DNA of 64,000 nucleotides from Bacilli bacterium. Its GTDB lineage: Bacteria; Bacillota_I; Bacilli_A; RFN20; CAG-826. The position numbers and the translations under genes are program-made. The DNA lies in NCBI GenBank assembly GCA_034185265.1, contig JAXFZD010000006.1, positions 6,638 through 70,637 on the forward strand. Reading direction: 5' to 3'. Positions 19,602 through 28,173 of the stretch are shown here, piece by piece (position 1 is the first letter of the stretch; the number at the start of each line of letters is the position of its first letter). The notes under the pieces were generated by a model, which saw only the letters and a program-made list of their open reading frames with translations, was not told where the DNA came from and made no database searches.

Positions 19602-20193
19602 ATGCTCTTAATGCACTATTAAGTCCTTCTACATCATCTAGAGTTACAACAACTAAGATAGAAGGAAGAATTTGAATTTGCATACCTTCTGCAATGTTAT
19701 TAGATGCAAAATCAATTATTTTTCTTCTTCTTAAACTTCTTAAAGCTTTATCGTAATCAGTTTGCTTTTTCTCTGAAGAATAAATGTTATAATTACGTAA
19801 TTCTTCCATAGTTTCTGATAAAGAAACGTAGACATTTTCGGTAGAAGATATAGTTCTACTGATCTCGTAATATTTAAGACGGAAATATAAAAGTAAGATT
19901 GTTTCAAATTTAGTTAGTTGGTAACGGTTTCTATCTAATTTAGTTTGGATATAGAACAAACCTCTAGGTTGATCATAAATTACATCGTAGTCAATTAAAC
20001 CAAAGTAAGCTCTAAATAAAGCTGAATGCTCTAAAAGGAAATAGAAATCATTAGCATCTCGTTTAGCTTGCTTAATAATAAAAGTTTCATTTAATAGCTT
20101 AGAAGCCAATCTAGAAAAATCGTCTTTTTCTCCTTCGCCCATAACAGCAAAAGATTCGCTTAATAATTTTGCTTGCTCTACTTTATCGCTCAT
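19549..20193 (-). CDS. MksE/JetB-like small subunit (DUF4194-like)
   Basis: 214 aa acidic helical protein. Its start overlaps the previous gene by 4 nt. Assignment rests on position and size in the F-E-B order. Confidence 0.5.
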   Translation of the reverse strand: MSDKVEQAKLLSESFAVMGEGEKDDFSRLASKLLNETFIIKQAKRDANDFYFLLEHSALFRAYFGLIDYDVIYDQPRGLFYIQTKLDRNRYQLTKFETILLLYFRLKYYEISRTISSTENVYVSLSETMEELRNYNIYSSEKKQTDYDKALRSLRRRKIIDFASNNIAEGMQIQILPSILVVVTLDDVEGLNSALRAYEREEEEANDDEESKEN

Positions 20194-21590
20194 AAATTGG
20201 CTTCTCCTTTTTTCTTAAGTGAAAATTCTAATACTCTATGTTCATTTGCTTCATATTCAACTGAAGAGAAATTAGAAGAATAAGAAACATCGGGATTAGA
20301 TGAATATAATTGAATTAACATTAACTTTACTAAATCTTGTTGAGAGTTAATTTCTATATCTTTAGATGAGATTTGCGGAGATTTTGTTAAAAGTTCGACT
20401 ACTGAAGCATCGATATTGTCTAATGAAAGAGGATCATCATTGAAGATATCATTCATTCCTTTTTCGATGTCTTCTTTATCTCCTTCAAAGACTTTTTGCT
20501 CTATCATGACTTTCTTTTCTTTGTTAAATCTAGGAGCATATAAAGACTTGAAGTCTATATTTGAGCAAGAATATAAATTAAAGAATTCTCCTAGCTCGAA
20601 ATCCTCATCTTTAGAAGAGAGAAGTTTAAGAGCTTCTTTAATTTGACCTGAGACATCTAGATTTACATTGAGTAAGAAATCTAATTTAGCCTGGACTGAA
20701 GCAACTAATCTAGAGTTAGCTTCATCAATTTCTTTTACTTTCTCAAATATGTTGTCATATTGAATAATCATATATTGAAGCTGTCTCTTTATTTCATCTT
20801 CAATAATTGCTAAACTCTCGCTATCTGTATTATCAATTCCATTAACTTTAATATAATTTTCTAAGAGTCTATCGAAATTTTTATATAATAAATCATTTAA
20901 AACTTCTAAAATGTCAGTTGTATATTTAGTTGGGTTATCTAAGGTAAGTAAGTTATTGAAATTACGGTAGATATATTGCTTTTGATATTTGAAAAGCAAG
21001 GTATCTAATACCGCTTTAGAGTCCATTGTTTGAGATTCAATTAAATCGTTAAAATAGTTTTTTATTTGGGAAGCTAATCTAGATAAATCTGAGATAAGTC
21101 TTTGGGTTTGAGAATAAATATGTTGTACTAAGTTAGCTCCTTGAGAAAAATCAAAATTATTTAATACTGACCAAACTGTGAAAATATATCCTGTATACGC
21201 TAGAGGTTTAGTTTGCTCAGCGATGAAATCTTTAAAGAATCTTAAAAATGCTTTTCCGTTAGATGTTAAGCCGATTTTAATTTTGAATAGATCAGAATTA
21301 CCTTCTTCAAGCCATCCAGTCTTCCTAAATTGACGGATTTTCGCACTAGCTTTATCTCTAGAACTTCTTTTAGATATATCATTCCCTTCTTCATCATCAA
21401 GTTCTTTGATTTTTAAAGAATGGAAATATGTCGTAAATGAATCAAGGATGTCATCATAAAAGATTGAATCTTCGGAGAAATTCTCCTCCATATCAAAAAT
21501 CTTTAGCAATAAATCAAAATTAACTTTATTATCAACGCTTGATAAAACGTTAAACATATTTGGAGTAATAAAGTCAAATAAGTTATCCAT
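20190..21590 (-). CDS. MksF/JetA-like kleisin subunit (DUF3375-like)
   Basis: 466 aa. First gene of the operon, translationally coupled to the next. Size and position match MksF/JetA. Confidence 0.5.
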   Translation of the reverse strand: MDNLFDFITPNMFNVLSSVDNKVNFDLLLKIFDMEENFSEDSIFYDDILDSFTTYFHSLKIKELDDEEGNDISKRSSRDKASAKIRQFRKTGWLEEGNSDLFKIKIGLTSNGKAFLRFFKDFIAEQTKPLAYTGYIFTVWSVLNNFDFSQGANLVQHIYSQTQRLISDLSRLASQIKNYFNDLIESQTMDSKAVLDTLLFKYQKQYIYRNFNNLLTLDNPTKYTTDILEVLNDLLYKNFDRLLENYIKVNGIDNTDSESLAIIEDEIKRQLQYMIIQYDNIFEKVKEIDEANSRLVASVQAKLDFLLNVNLDVSGQIKEALKLLSSKDEDFELGEFFNLYSCSNIDFKSLYAPRFNKEKKVMIEQKVFEGDKEDIEKGMNDIFNDDPLSLDNIDASVVELLTKSPQISSKDIEINSQQDLVKLMLIQLYSSNPDVSYSSNFSSVEYEANEHRVLEFSLKKKGEANL

Positions 21591-21688
21591 GTGAAAGATT
21601 ATCTCATAAAATAAGACATAACTCTATATAGAGTTGTCTTATAATCAAGATTTTTTATAGATTTATTTACTTAAGAAAAGTTATCTAA

Positions 21689-23581
21689 TTATTTTAAGAT
21701 TCCATTAGAGAGATTTATAGACATAACTACAATAGCTGCAACTAACGAAATTAGAGCGAAAACAACTAGCATCCCCCCCTGTTTTTTATTTAAAGACTTA
21801 AAAACAAGAGACAAAATTAGACAAGAAAAGCTTACAACTAGAGCAGGATATCCAATATATCCGAGTAAAGAAATTCTCTCATTTGTAATAAAGCAAACTA
21901 AAGAAAATAATGCTAATGAAATAGATATAACTAAGAGCCATTTTTTAGTCCTAAAAGAAGCAATTTCATCCCTTCCATGATATAAGCCAACATCAATTAC
22001 AGAGAATAATGCAGCGTAAATAAACGGAATTGAATAGAATAAATGTCTTTCTAGATTTCCTATTGTTATAGAAGCTGGATAAATAAAAGAGAAAACTCCT
22101 AAAGAAGCAAAAATAACAAAACTTATAGTGTAATATCCCACAAACATAGGAATATCTAAAGCTCTTACTACACTCTTATTATAGCTTTTACCTACACTTC
22201 TATTTTCTTCTTCTTTATCTATAAGTTTATTTAGATTACCTCTATTAGATTTTAAGATATATTTTCTAGCTTTATGAGACCTTAACAGATCCTTAAGTAA
22301 ATCATTAGTTTCTTCTCCTAATTTCTCATTTCTTTTTTGCTTTATATTGAATAAATCATCTTCAAAACTCGCTAAATCTATAATTTTTATCGGGGTTTTG
22401 CATATATTTTCAACAATTTTCTTTTCTTTCTCTAAATTTATTCCGTAATTTAGCGCTGAAGAATAAAGTCTAATTTTATCTTCAAAAGACAGTCTAGAAT
22501 ATATCTTTAGCAGCATGTCATATTTAGTGTCTTCTAGCTCTTCATTAGCAAGTAAATAGCCTAGAGAATTAAACATGCCAGATGTCTTATCAGGGATATT
22601 TGCCATAACCTTAATCTCTTCAAAGAACTCTGGTCGAGGTTTATGTAAGCAAGAATTCATGATGAATAAGATTTCAAATTCTTCTATCGTGTCAGCTTTA
22701 ATAAATGCTTCATGAGTAAGTAATTCTTTATCAAAGAAAGGTCTAATCTTAAATAGAACTAAAGATTTATCCCAATAGAATAAAGTGTCGAAATATTCAT
22801 GACACTGCTTGTTATAAGCTTCTATTAAAGCTTTATTAAGTTTTTCTTTTTCTTCGATTAAATCTTGATTTCTAATATTTTCATGAAGGTTATAAGCTTC
22901 AATTAAAGTATCTAGAGATCCATCTTCAAAATCAAAACTGTCTCCTTTAGTAAGAGCTTTATCTTCAAAGAATTTCAGCCAATATAATAAAGAATTATTT
23001 ATTAGAGTTTCTTTTTGTTTAATTGAATGAAGATTAGTTGGTAAAGAAACGACTAAATTATAGAAAGTATGAATTTCATCGTTAACTAAAGGAATAATAT
23101 CTTTCTTTATATTATATTTAGCCATTTTGTCATACATTTTAGCCATTTCCCAAGCTAAAATTTCTTCGATGAATAGCTGAGTTTTTAGATTCATCCCAAG
23201 ATCTATATAAACTAGAGTTTTATCAAAATCTTTTATGACTCTTATAGCGTCTCTATAAGCATGAGATAAAGATAAAAGACGGATTTCTTTTAAAAATGAA
23301 TTAAAGGATTCTTCTAAGTGGTTTAAAACATCAATTCCTTTTTTAATTTTGTCAGTTAAGACTATATATTCTTTAATCGTATTATTTAAAGAAACAAATT
23401 CTAAGTTCTTTGATTTGACTCTTTCAATAGAATTATCTGTTTTAAGCAAGTCATAATTTAAGAATAAAGAAAGCTCGTTAACTGAATTATATGAATTAGT
23501 TAAAGAAGTGTTTTGCTTTAAAAGATTTGAATGCTCTAAATTCAAAGCTTCTATTTCTTTCTTTTTTTGGAAGAAGCTCAT
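21689..23581 (-). CDS. hypothetical protein: long N-terminal helical/coiled-coil region plus C-terminal 5-TM membrane domain
   Basis: 630 aa. No recognisable catalytic motif. The last roughly 170 aa form 5 predicted TM helices. The 4-nt start overlap with the upstream gene indicates an operon. Confidence 0.5.
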   Translation of the reverse strand: MSFFQKKKEIEALNLEHSNLLKQNTSLTNSYNSVNELSLFLNYDLLKTDNSIERVKSKNLEFVSLNNTIKEYIVLTDKIKKGIDVLNHLEESFNSFLKEIRLLSLSHAYRDAIRVIKDFDKTLVYIDLGMNLKTQLFIEEILAWEMAKMYDKMAKYNIKKDIIPLVNDEIHTFYNLVVSLPTNLHSIKQKETLINNSLLYWLKFFEDKALTKGDSFDFEDGSLDTLIEAYNLHENIRNQDLIEEKEKLNKALIEAYNKQCHEYFDTLFYWDKSLVLFKIRPFFDKELLTHEAFIKADTIEEFEILFIMNSCLHKPRPEFFEEIKVMANIPDKTSGMFNSLGYLLANEELEDTKYDMLLKIYSRLSFEDKIRLYSSALNYGINLEKEKKIVENICKTPIKIIDLASFEDDLFNIKQKRNEKLGEETNDLLKDLLRSHKARKYILKSNRGNLNKLIDKEEENRSVGKSYNKSVVRALDIPMFVGYYTISFVIFASLGVFSFIYPASITIGNLERHLFYSIPFIYAALFSVIDVGLYHGRDEIASFRTKKWLLVISISLALFSLVCFITNERISLLGYIGYPALVVSFSCLILSLVFKSLNKKQGGMLVVFALISLVAAIVVMSINLSNGILK

Positions 23582-23886
23582 TTTGAAGATTTCTCCTTAC
23601 TGCTATAAGAAAGAAGATCCTCGAAAGCTAATTCTAGTCCTTGGAAAAGGATGTTATATTGTTCGATATCTTTTTTAAAATCATTTTCGAGTTGATTTTT
23701 CTCTTCTAATTTTTTATTTTGCAAATTGTTAATATCTGCTAAATATTGCTTTTTGGTGTCATATAGTGATTTTTCTTTATCTTCTATTGCTTTTTCAATA
23801 TGGATTTCTAGGGAAGAATTGGCGAGTTTAACATCCTCTATTGAGGCTTTCATTAATTGAACGGAATAATCATTTTGCTTTTTCAT
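23578..23886 (-). CDS. small coiled-coil protein, unknown function
   Basis: 102 aa, K/E-rich with heptad character. Overlaps the 630-aa gene by 4 nt. Confidence 0.4.
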   Translation of the reverse strand: MKKQNDYSVQLMKASIEDVKLANSSLEIHIEKAIEDKEKSLYDTKKQYLADINNLQNKKLEEKNQLENDFKKDIEQYNILFQGLELAFEDLLSYSSKEKSSK

Positions 23887-23891
23887 ATCAA

Positions 23892-24164
23892 TTAATCTCC
23901 ATCAATAGAAAAACTTGCATAAGAAGCAAGTATCTTTTCACTAACTATATCATCAGCTTCTTGGAACGCTTTTTTAGAAGTTGCAACGAGTCGATTATAA
24001 AGAACATTAACTTCAACCTTTGCTTTATCAATTTCTTCTTGTTGAGTCTTTATAAATTCCTCAACTTTTTTAGAAGTCTCTTCATCTTTAGAAATTAAAA
24101 AATCATCGCATTCAGATGAAATCTTTTGCGACGATAATAAAAGTTGATTTACTTTTTCTTTCAT
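23892..24164 (-). CDS. small coiled-coil protein, unknown function
   Basis: 90 aa helical protein. 5-nt gap to the next gene and a shared boundary with the previous one. Confidence 0.4.
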   Translation of the reverse strand: MKEKVNQLLLSSQKISSECDDFLISKDEETSKKVEEFIKTQQEEIDKAKVEVNVLYNRLVATSKKAFQEADDIVSEKILASYASFSIDGD

Positions 24165-24556
24165 TAAGCAAAATTACCTCTGTCAGGGTCTTTGCGTGAT
24201 TTATTCATTTCAACAGAGATTTTTTCAATCTCTTCATTATCAATTAAGTCAACTAATCCTAAATAAGAAAGGAATAATGAAGAATAAGTAAATACAGCTG
24301 GGGTCTTAGCTAAAGAGAAAATCTTCTCATCAGAAGAAAGAATTTTATGTAGAGATAATAAAGAATCGTAGAGATCCATGTACTTTTTGTCGGCTTTTCC
24401 ATTAGATACGACAAAATTGTGGATTAGTCTAATCGTAGATAATTGATCACCTAATTCACTCTCTTTTTCTAAGGTATGCGAAACTTGTTCTTTTTGAGCA
24501 TCACTTAAATAAAATGTTGTAACTGCGTTCTTACTCATATCTTTTAATGGATACAT
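24164..24556 (-). CDS. hypothetical protein (first gene of the four-gene cassette)
   Basis: 130 aa. Its stop overlaps the start of the 90-aa gene. Confidence 0.4.
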   Translation of the reverse strand: MYPLKDMSKNAVTTFYLSDAQKEQVSHTLEKESELGDQLSTIRLIHNFVVSNGKADKKYMDLYDSLLSLHKILSSDEKIFSLAKTPAVFTYSSLFLSYLGLVDLIDNEEIEKISVEMNKSRKDPDRGNFA

Positions 24557-24591
24557 TTTATTGATATATAAATTATAATCAATAATTTAAC

Positions 24592-25239
24592 TTATTTTTC
24601 TTCAAAATATTGTTTGATTAGAGGTAGAAGTTCGTCTAGAGAGCTAATTGAATGCCTGCAGTTTTCTAATTTTCCAAACCCGTAATTAGCATAAATAAAG
24701 TCAATTTTAGCCTTTTCTGCAGCCTCTTTATCTTTCTCTGTATCTCCTACATAAATTGCAAAATCTATGCAATTCCGCTCTATAATTTTAGAAATTGATA
24801 CATATTTAGGTGATAAAGTGTCGCCAAAACAAATATAATCATCAACCAAAGATTTGTCTATTACATTCAAAAAAGTTTCTATATATCCTTTTTGACAGTT
24901 AGAACAGATAAACACTTTATACGCGTTTTCCTTTAATTCTAGGAAAGTCTGTTCTACATCTTTATAAGGAGACCCAGGATGAGATAAAAGATATTCAACT
25001 TCTTTTTGAAAACATACATCTGCAAAGGCATTTATCTCTTTATCTCCAACATTAAAACTCTTTTGGATGTTATCTTTTATCTCTTGCATAGTTTTACCCA
25101 TTTGGGCAGCAAGAAACTCTTTATCAAGTTTAAATTCCGGGTCAATAATTTCTCTTCCTACTAATGTCCAGCATTCAGCTACTGGAATTGTAGAATCCCA
25201 TAAAGTCCCATCTAAATCAAAAATAATAGCCTTTTTCAT
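24592..25239 (-). CDS. HAD-superfamily hydrolase (subfamily IA phosphatase-like)
   Basis: 215 aa. Motif I IIFDLDGTLWDS. C-terminal GD motif VGDTEKD. Confidence 0.8.
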   Translation of the reverse strand: MKKAIIFDLDGTLWDSTIPVAECWTLVGREIIDPEFKLDKEFLAAQMGKTMQEIKDNIQKSFNVGDKEINAFADVCFQKEVEYLLSHPGSPYKDVEQTFLELKENAYKVFICSNCQKGYIETFLNVIDKSLVDDYICFGDTLSPKYVSISKIIERNCIDFAIYVGDTEKDKEAAEKAKIDFIYANYGFGKLENCRHSISSLDELLPLIKQYFEEK

Positions 25240-25269
25240 GCGATTAACAGTATGTTTTCTTAATTAAAT

Positions 25270-26901
25270 TTATAGAGCTTTAAATTCTATTTCAGCGCTA
25301 GGAAGCCCTTTATTAATATCTCTAATTTGGAAAGAATAAGCAAATTTTCCGCCCTTATTAGTGTTGCTTCCTCTAGGGAATTGACTTGCAACAGATGAAT
25401 CAGTAAACGAAGAAATTCCTTGTCCTTTAGTATATAAATCTTCTTTTGCTAGGTAATATCCATTAGTTCCAAATACTCTACCAGAAGAAGAAAGTTGAGT
25501 AATTAATCTAAAGTCTTTCCCCATTATATTTAAAGAAGGATAAGATTCATATTTAGTTTCGCTTGAATAAGTATATCCATCAGGAGTATTTGTATGAGCT
25601 ACTGAGGCATATTTAGTAGAAGCACAGCTAGAGAAAGTAGGAATATACGATGTATTTACGATTTCTCCTTGGCGGTTATATTCAAATTCAGCAATTCTAG
25701 CATCGATATGATATGCTCTAATTCCAAATACATCATCACCTCTAATAGCTGAAATCTCATCTTTTCTAGGATTATATCCACCAACTAAATCTTTGTAATT
25801 TAGTCCGTTATTTGAATAGAGTTCTAAAAGAATATATTCATCAAAAGCTCCGTTAAAACCTGACTTATTAGGAATAATATAGACTTCATTAGTTCTCATT
25901 GTAGTTATTCCAGCTTTATCAACGAGCTTTCCTTTAACCCAGCCTAAAGAATATTTAGAGAATCCATCTAAATCTCCGACATTAAGATCCATCATTCCAA
26001 CTCCGCCATAAGGAGAATAATATTCTTCATAGCTCTTTTCTGAATAAGAATAATAGTCATCAAGCCCTAACATATGCCCTGTTTCATGAATATATGTGTG
26101 TGAATCAATCGCATTTTCTCCATATCCTTCATACATAAAGTCATATGAAGCCCAAACATAAGAATTTGGTACAGGGGAATTTAAATTAGATTTTCCTCCA
26201 ACCCACGAAGTAAATGCCCAGAAAGTCTCACTTAGAGATGTATTTACTGAATAATCAGGAGCAATATAAATTAGGTATACGCCATCTATAAATCCATTTT
26301 TATCTGAATCTAAGAAAGTTAATGGACTATCAAAATATGTTTTTGCCCAGTCTACTGCATCAACAACTAAATCATGAAGTTTAGTTATGTCATCATTTAG
26401 AGCAGACATAGAAATTGTTGAATCAAAATAACCTGTTACATAAGAAGAAAGATTAAGAAGGTTATTTGAAGCATATTGATAGTAACTATTTACAGAATAA
26501 TACTTGTTTTTTACCTTATTTCCATTAAATGCATATCCAATATCTTGTAATAGTGCTTCAGTTGCAAGCTCTCTATATTCATCAAAAACAACTGGAATTA
26601 CTAAAGTATTAACATTTCCTTTAGCAGGCATATAGAGCTTTCCACTATAATTTCCTGCCATATGGTAGTCCTCTGGAGCATATTTTCCTTCATAATCAAC
26701 TACTCCAGGACCTTCGCTAGTTATAATTTCTGAAGTTGCTTGGCTAGATTCTTGACTTGAACTAGATTCGATAGACTGAGTTGATTCACTACTTTCTTCA
26801 ATAGAAGTAGAAACTCTTCTAGGAGGTGCAACTGCAATATTACATGCTGTAAGTAAGCAAAAAACCGGCAATATAATTAACTTATTCATGGCAACCTCCA
26901 T
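25270..26901 (-). CDS. zinc-metalloprotease lipoprotein (HExxH; InhA/M6-like), paralogue A
   Basis: 543 aa. Likely start MNKLIILPVFCLLTAC (lipobox). HETGHMLGLDDYYSY zincin motif of the HExxHxxGxxD type. Ser/Glu-rich linker after the lipobox Cys. Confidence 0.7.
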   Translation of the reverse strand: MEVAMNKLIILPVFCLLTACNIAVAPPRRVSTSIEESSESTQSIESSSSQESSQATSEIITSEGPGVVDYEGKYAPEDYHMAGNYSGKLYMPAKGNVNTLVIPVVFDEYRELATEALLQDIGYAFNGNKVKNKYYSVNSYYQYASNNLLNLSSYVTGYFDSTISMSALNDDITKLHDLVVDAVDWAKTYFDSPLTFLDSDKNGFIDGVYLIYIAPDYSVNTSLSETFWAFTSWVGGKSNLNSPVPNSYVWASYDFMYEGYGENAIDSHTYIHETGHMLGLDDYYSYSEKSYEEYYSPYGGVGMMDLNVGDLDGFSKYSLGWVKGKLVDKAGITTMRTNEVYIIPNKSGFNGAFDEYILLELYSNNGLNYKDLVGGYNPRKDEISAIRGDDVFGIRAYHIDARIAEFEYNRQGEIVNTSYIPTFSSCASTKYASVAHTNTPDGYTYSSETKYESYPSLNIMGKDFRLITQLSSSGRVFGTNGYYLAKEDLYTKGQGISSFTDSSVASQFPRGSNTNKGGKFAYSFQIRDINKGLPSAEIEFKAL

Positions 26902-28117
26902 ATTTACTCATTATTAATTTAGCTATGTTTCTTCCTGAAGTTATTGCACTAGCGATATTTTTTGGACCTGTGCAAGCATCTCCAGAAATAAGGATCTTTT
27001 GATCATTTGTCTCAAATTTATCCCAAGAAGTTTCAATTCCTTCAAAAAGAGAGAAATCAGGTTTTTCTCCTAAAGCAGCTACAACTAAATCGCAGTCAAT
27101 CTTACTTTCACTGCCTTCAATCTTATAAAAACTTCTTCTTCCTGATTCATCTAAATCTCCTAGACCCATCTTAACTGTATTAACTCCGATTAATTGTCCT
27201 TTTTCATCTAGAATTAAAGATTCAATATTTTCTAAGAATAAGAAGGAGATATTTTCTTCGATAGCTTCTTCAACTTCTCTATTATTTCCAGGCATTTCAA
27301 CCCTGCTTCTACGGTAAATTATAGAGACATCATCGATTATTCTTTTTAAACTTCTTGCACAATCTAGAGCTACATTTCCTCCGCCCCAAACAAGAACTTT
27401 CTTATATTTTTTATATTTTTCTTCGAGGCTTTCTACATTTAAATCATGAAGTAAAGAAAGACCTCCGACAAAACCTTCAGTTTCTTTATTTCCAGCAGTA
27501 TTTTCCTTCTCTGCTCCAATATTAAGTACGATGTAATCGAATCTTTCTTTAAGTTCATCGATATCTATATCTACTCCGATTTGTTTTCTAAAAATGAATT
27601 TACATCCTAAGAAAGTTAAATCGTTATAGATAGAAGAAAGAGCTTTTTTATCAAATCTAAAAGAAGGGATTCCAGTTAAAATTGCTCCACCTATAAAGTT
27701 TTCTTTCTCATATATAGTTACTTCAAATCCTTCTTTAAGTAAAAAGTAGGCTCCCGAAAGAGAAGATGGGCCTGCTCCAACAAAGCAAACTTTTATATGA
27801 TTAGATTCTTTTTTAGATAAATCTCTTTTAACTTTAGAAGATATAAAAGCTTCTATAGAAGGAATATTTATTGGTTCTCCTTTAATTCCTCTAATGCATT
27901 TTCCTTTACATTGTCTATCATAATCACAAAGGAGAGAAGTTAATTCAGGGAAAGGATTTACGCTATATAAAAGTTTTCCTGCAGACTCAAAATCGAGCGT
28001 TTTCCCTGCAAAAATCCATTCTTTTATTAAATTTTCAGTAGGACAACCTGTTTGACATCTAGGAGAAGGACATGAAAGACATCTCGCTGTCTCTTGTAAA
28101 AATTCATGTTCGTTCAT
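26882..28117 (-). CDS. glutamate-synthase small-subunit-like FAD/NAD(P)H oxidoreductase with N-terminal Fe-S cysteine cluster
   Basis: 411 aa. N-terminal CLSCPSPRCQTGCP cysteines. FAD dinucleotide fold VCFVGAGPSSLSGAYFL. Second Rossmann fold VLVWGGGNVALDCA. Same architecture as GltD/NfnB/PydA. Confidence 0.75.
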   Translation of the reverse strand: MNEHEFLQETARCLSCPSPRCQTGCPTENLIKEWIFAGKTLDFESAGKLLYSVNPFPELTSLLCDYDRQCKGKCIRGIKGEPINIPSIEAFISSKVKRDLSKKESNHIKVCFVGAGPSSLSGAYFLLKEGFEVTIYEKENFIGGAILTGIPSFRFDKKALSSIYNDLTFLGCKFIFRKQIGVDIDIDELKERFDYIVLNIGAEKENTAGNKETEGFVGGLSLLHDLNVESLEEKYKKYKKVLVWGGGNVALDCARSLKRIIDDVSIIYRRSRVEMPGNNREVEEAIEENISFLFLENIESLILDEKGQLIGVNTVKMGLGDLDESGRRSFYKIEGSESKIDCDLVVAALGEKPDFSLFEGIETSWDKFETNDQKILISGDACTGPKNIASAITSGRNIAKLIMSKYGGCHE

Positions 28118-28173
28118 ATAAATATTCTACCTTAGCGTAAATTAGTGTCAAATTTAAAAATTTTTTAAATTTA

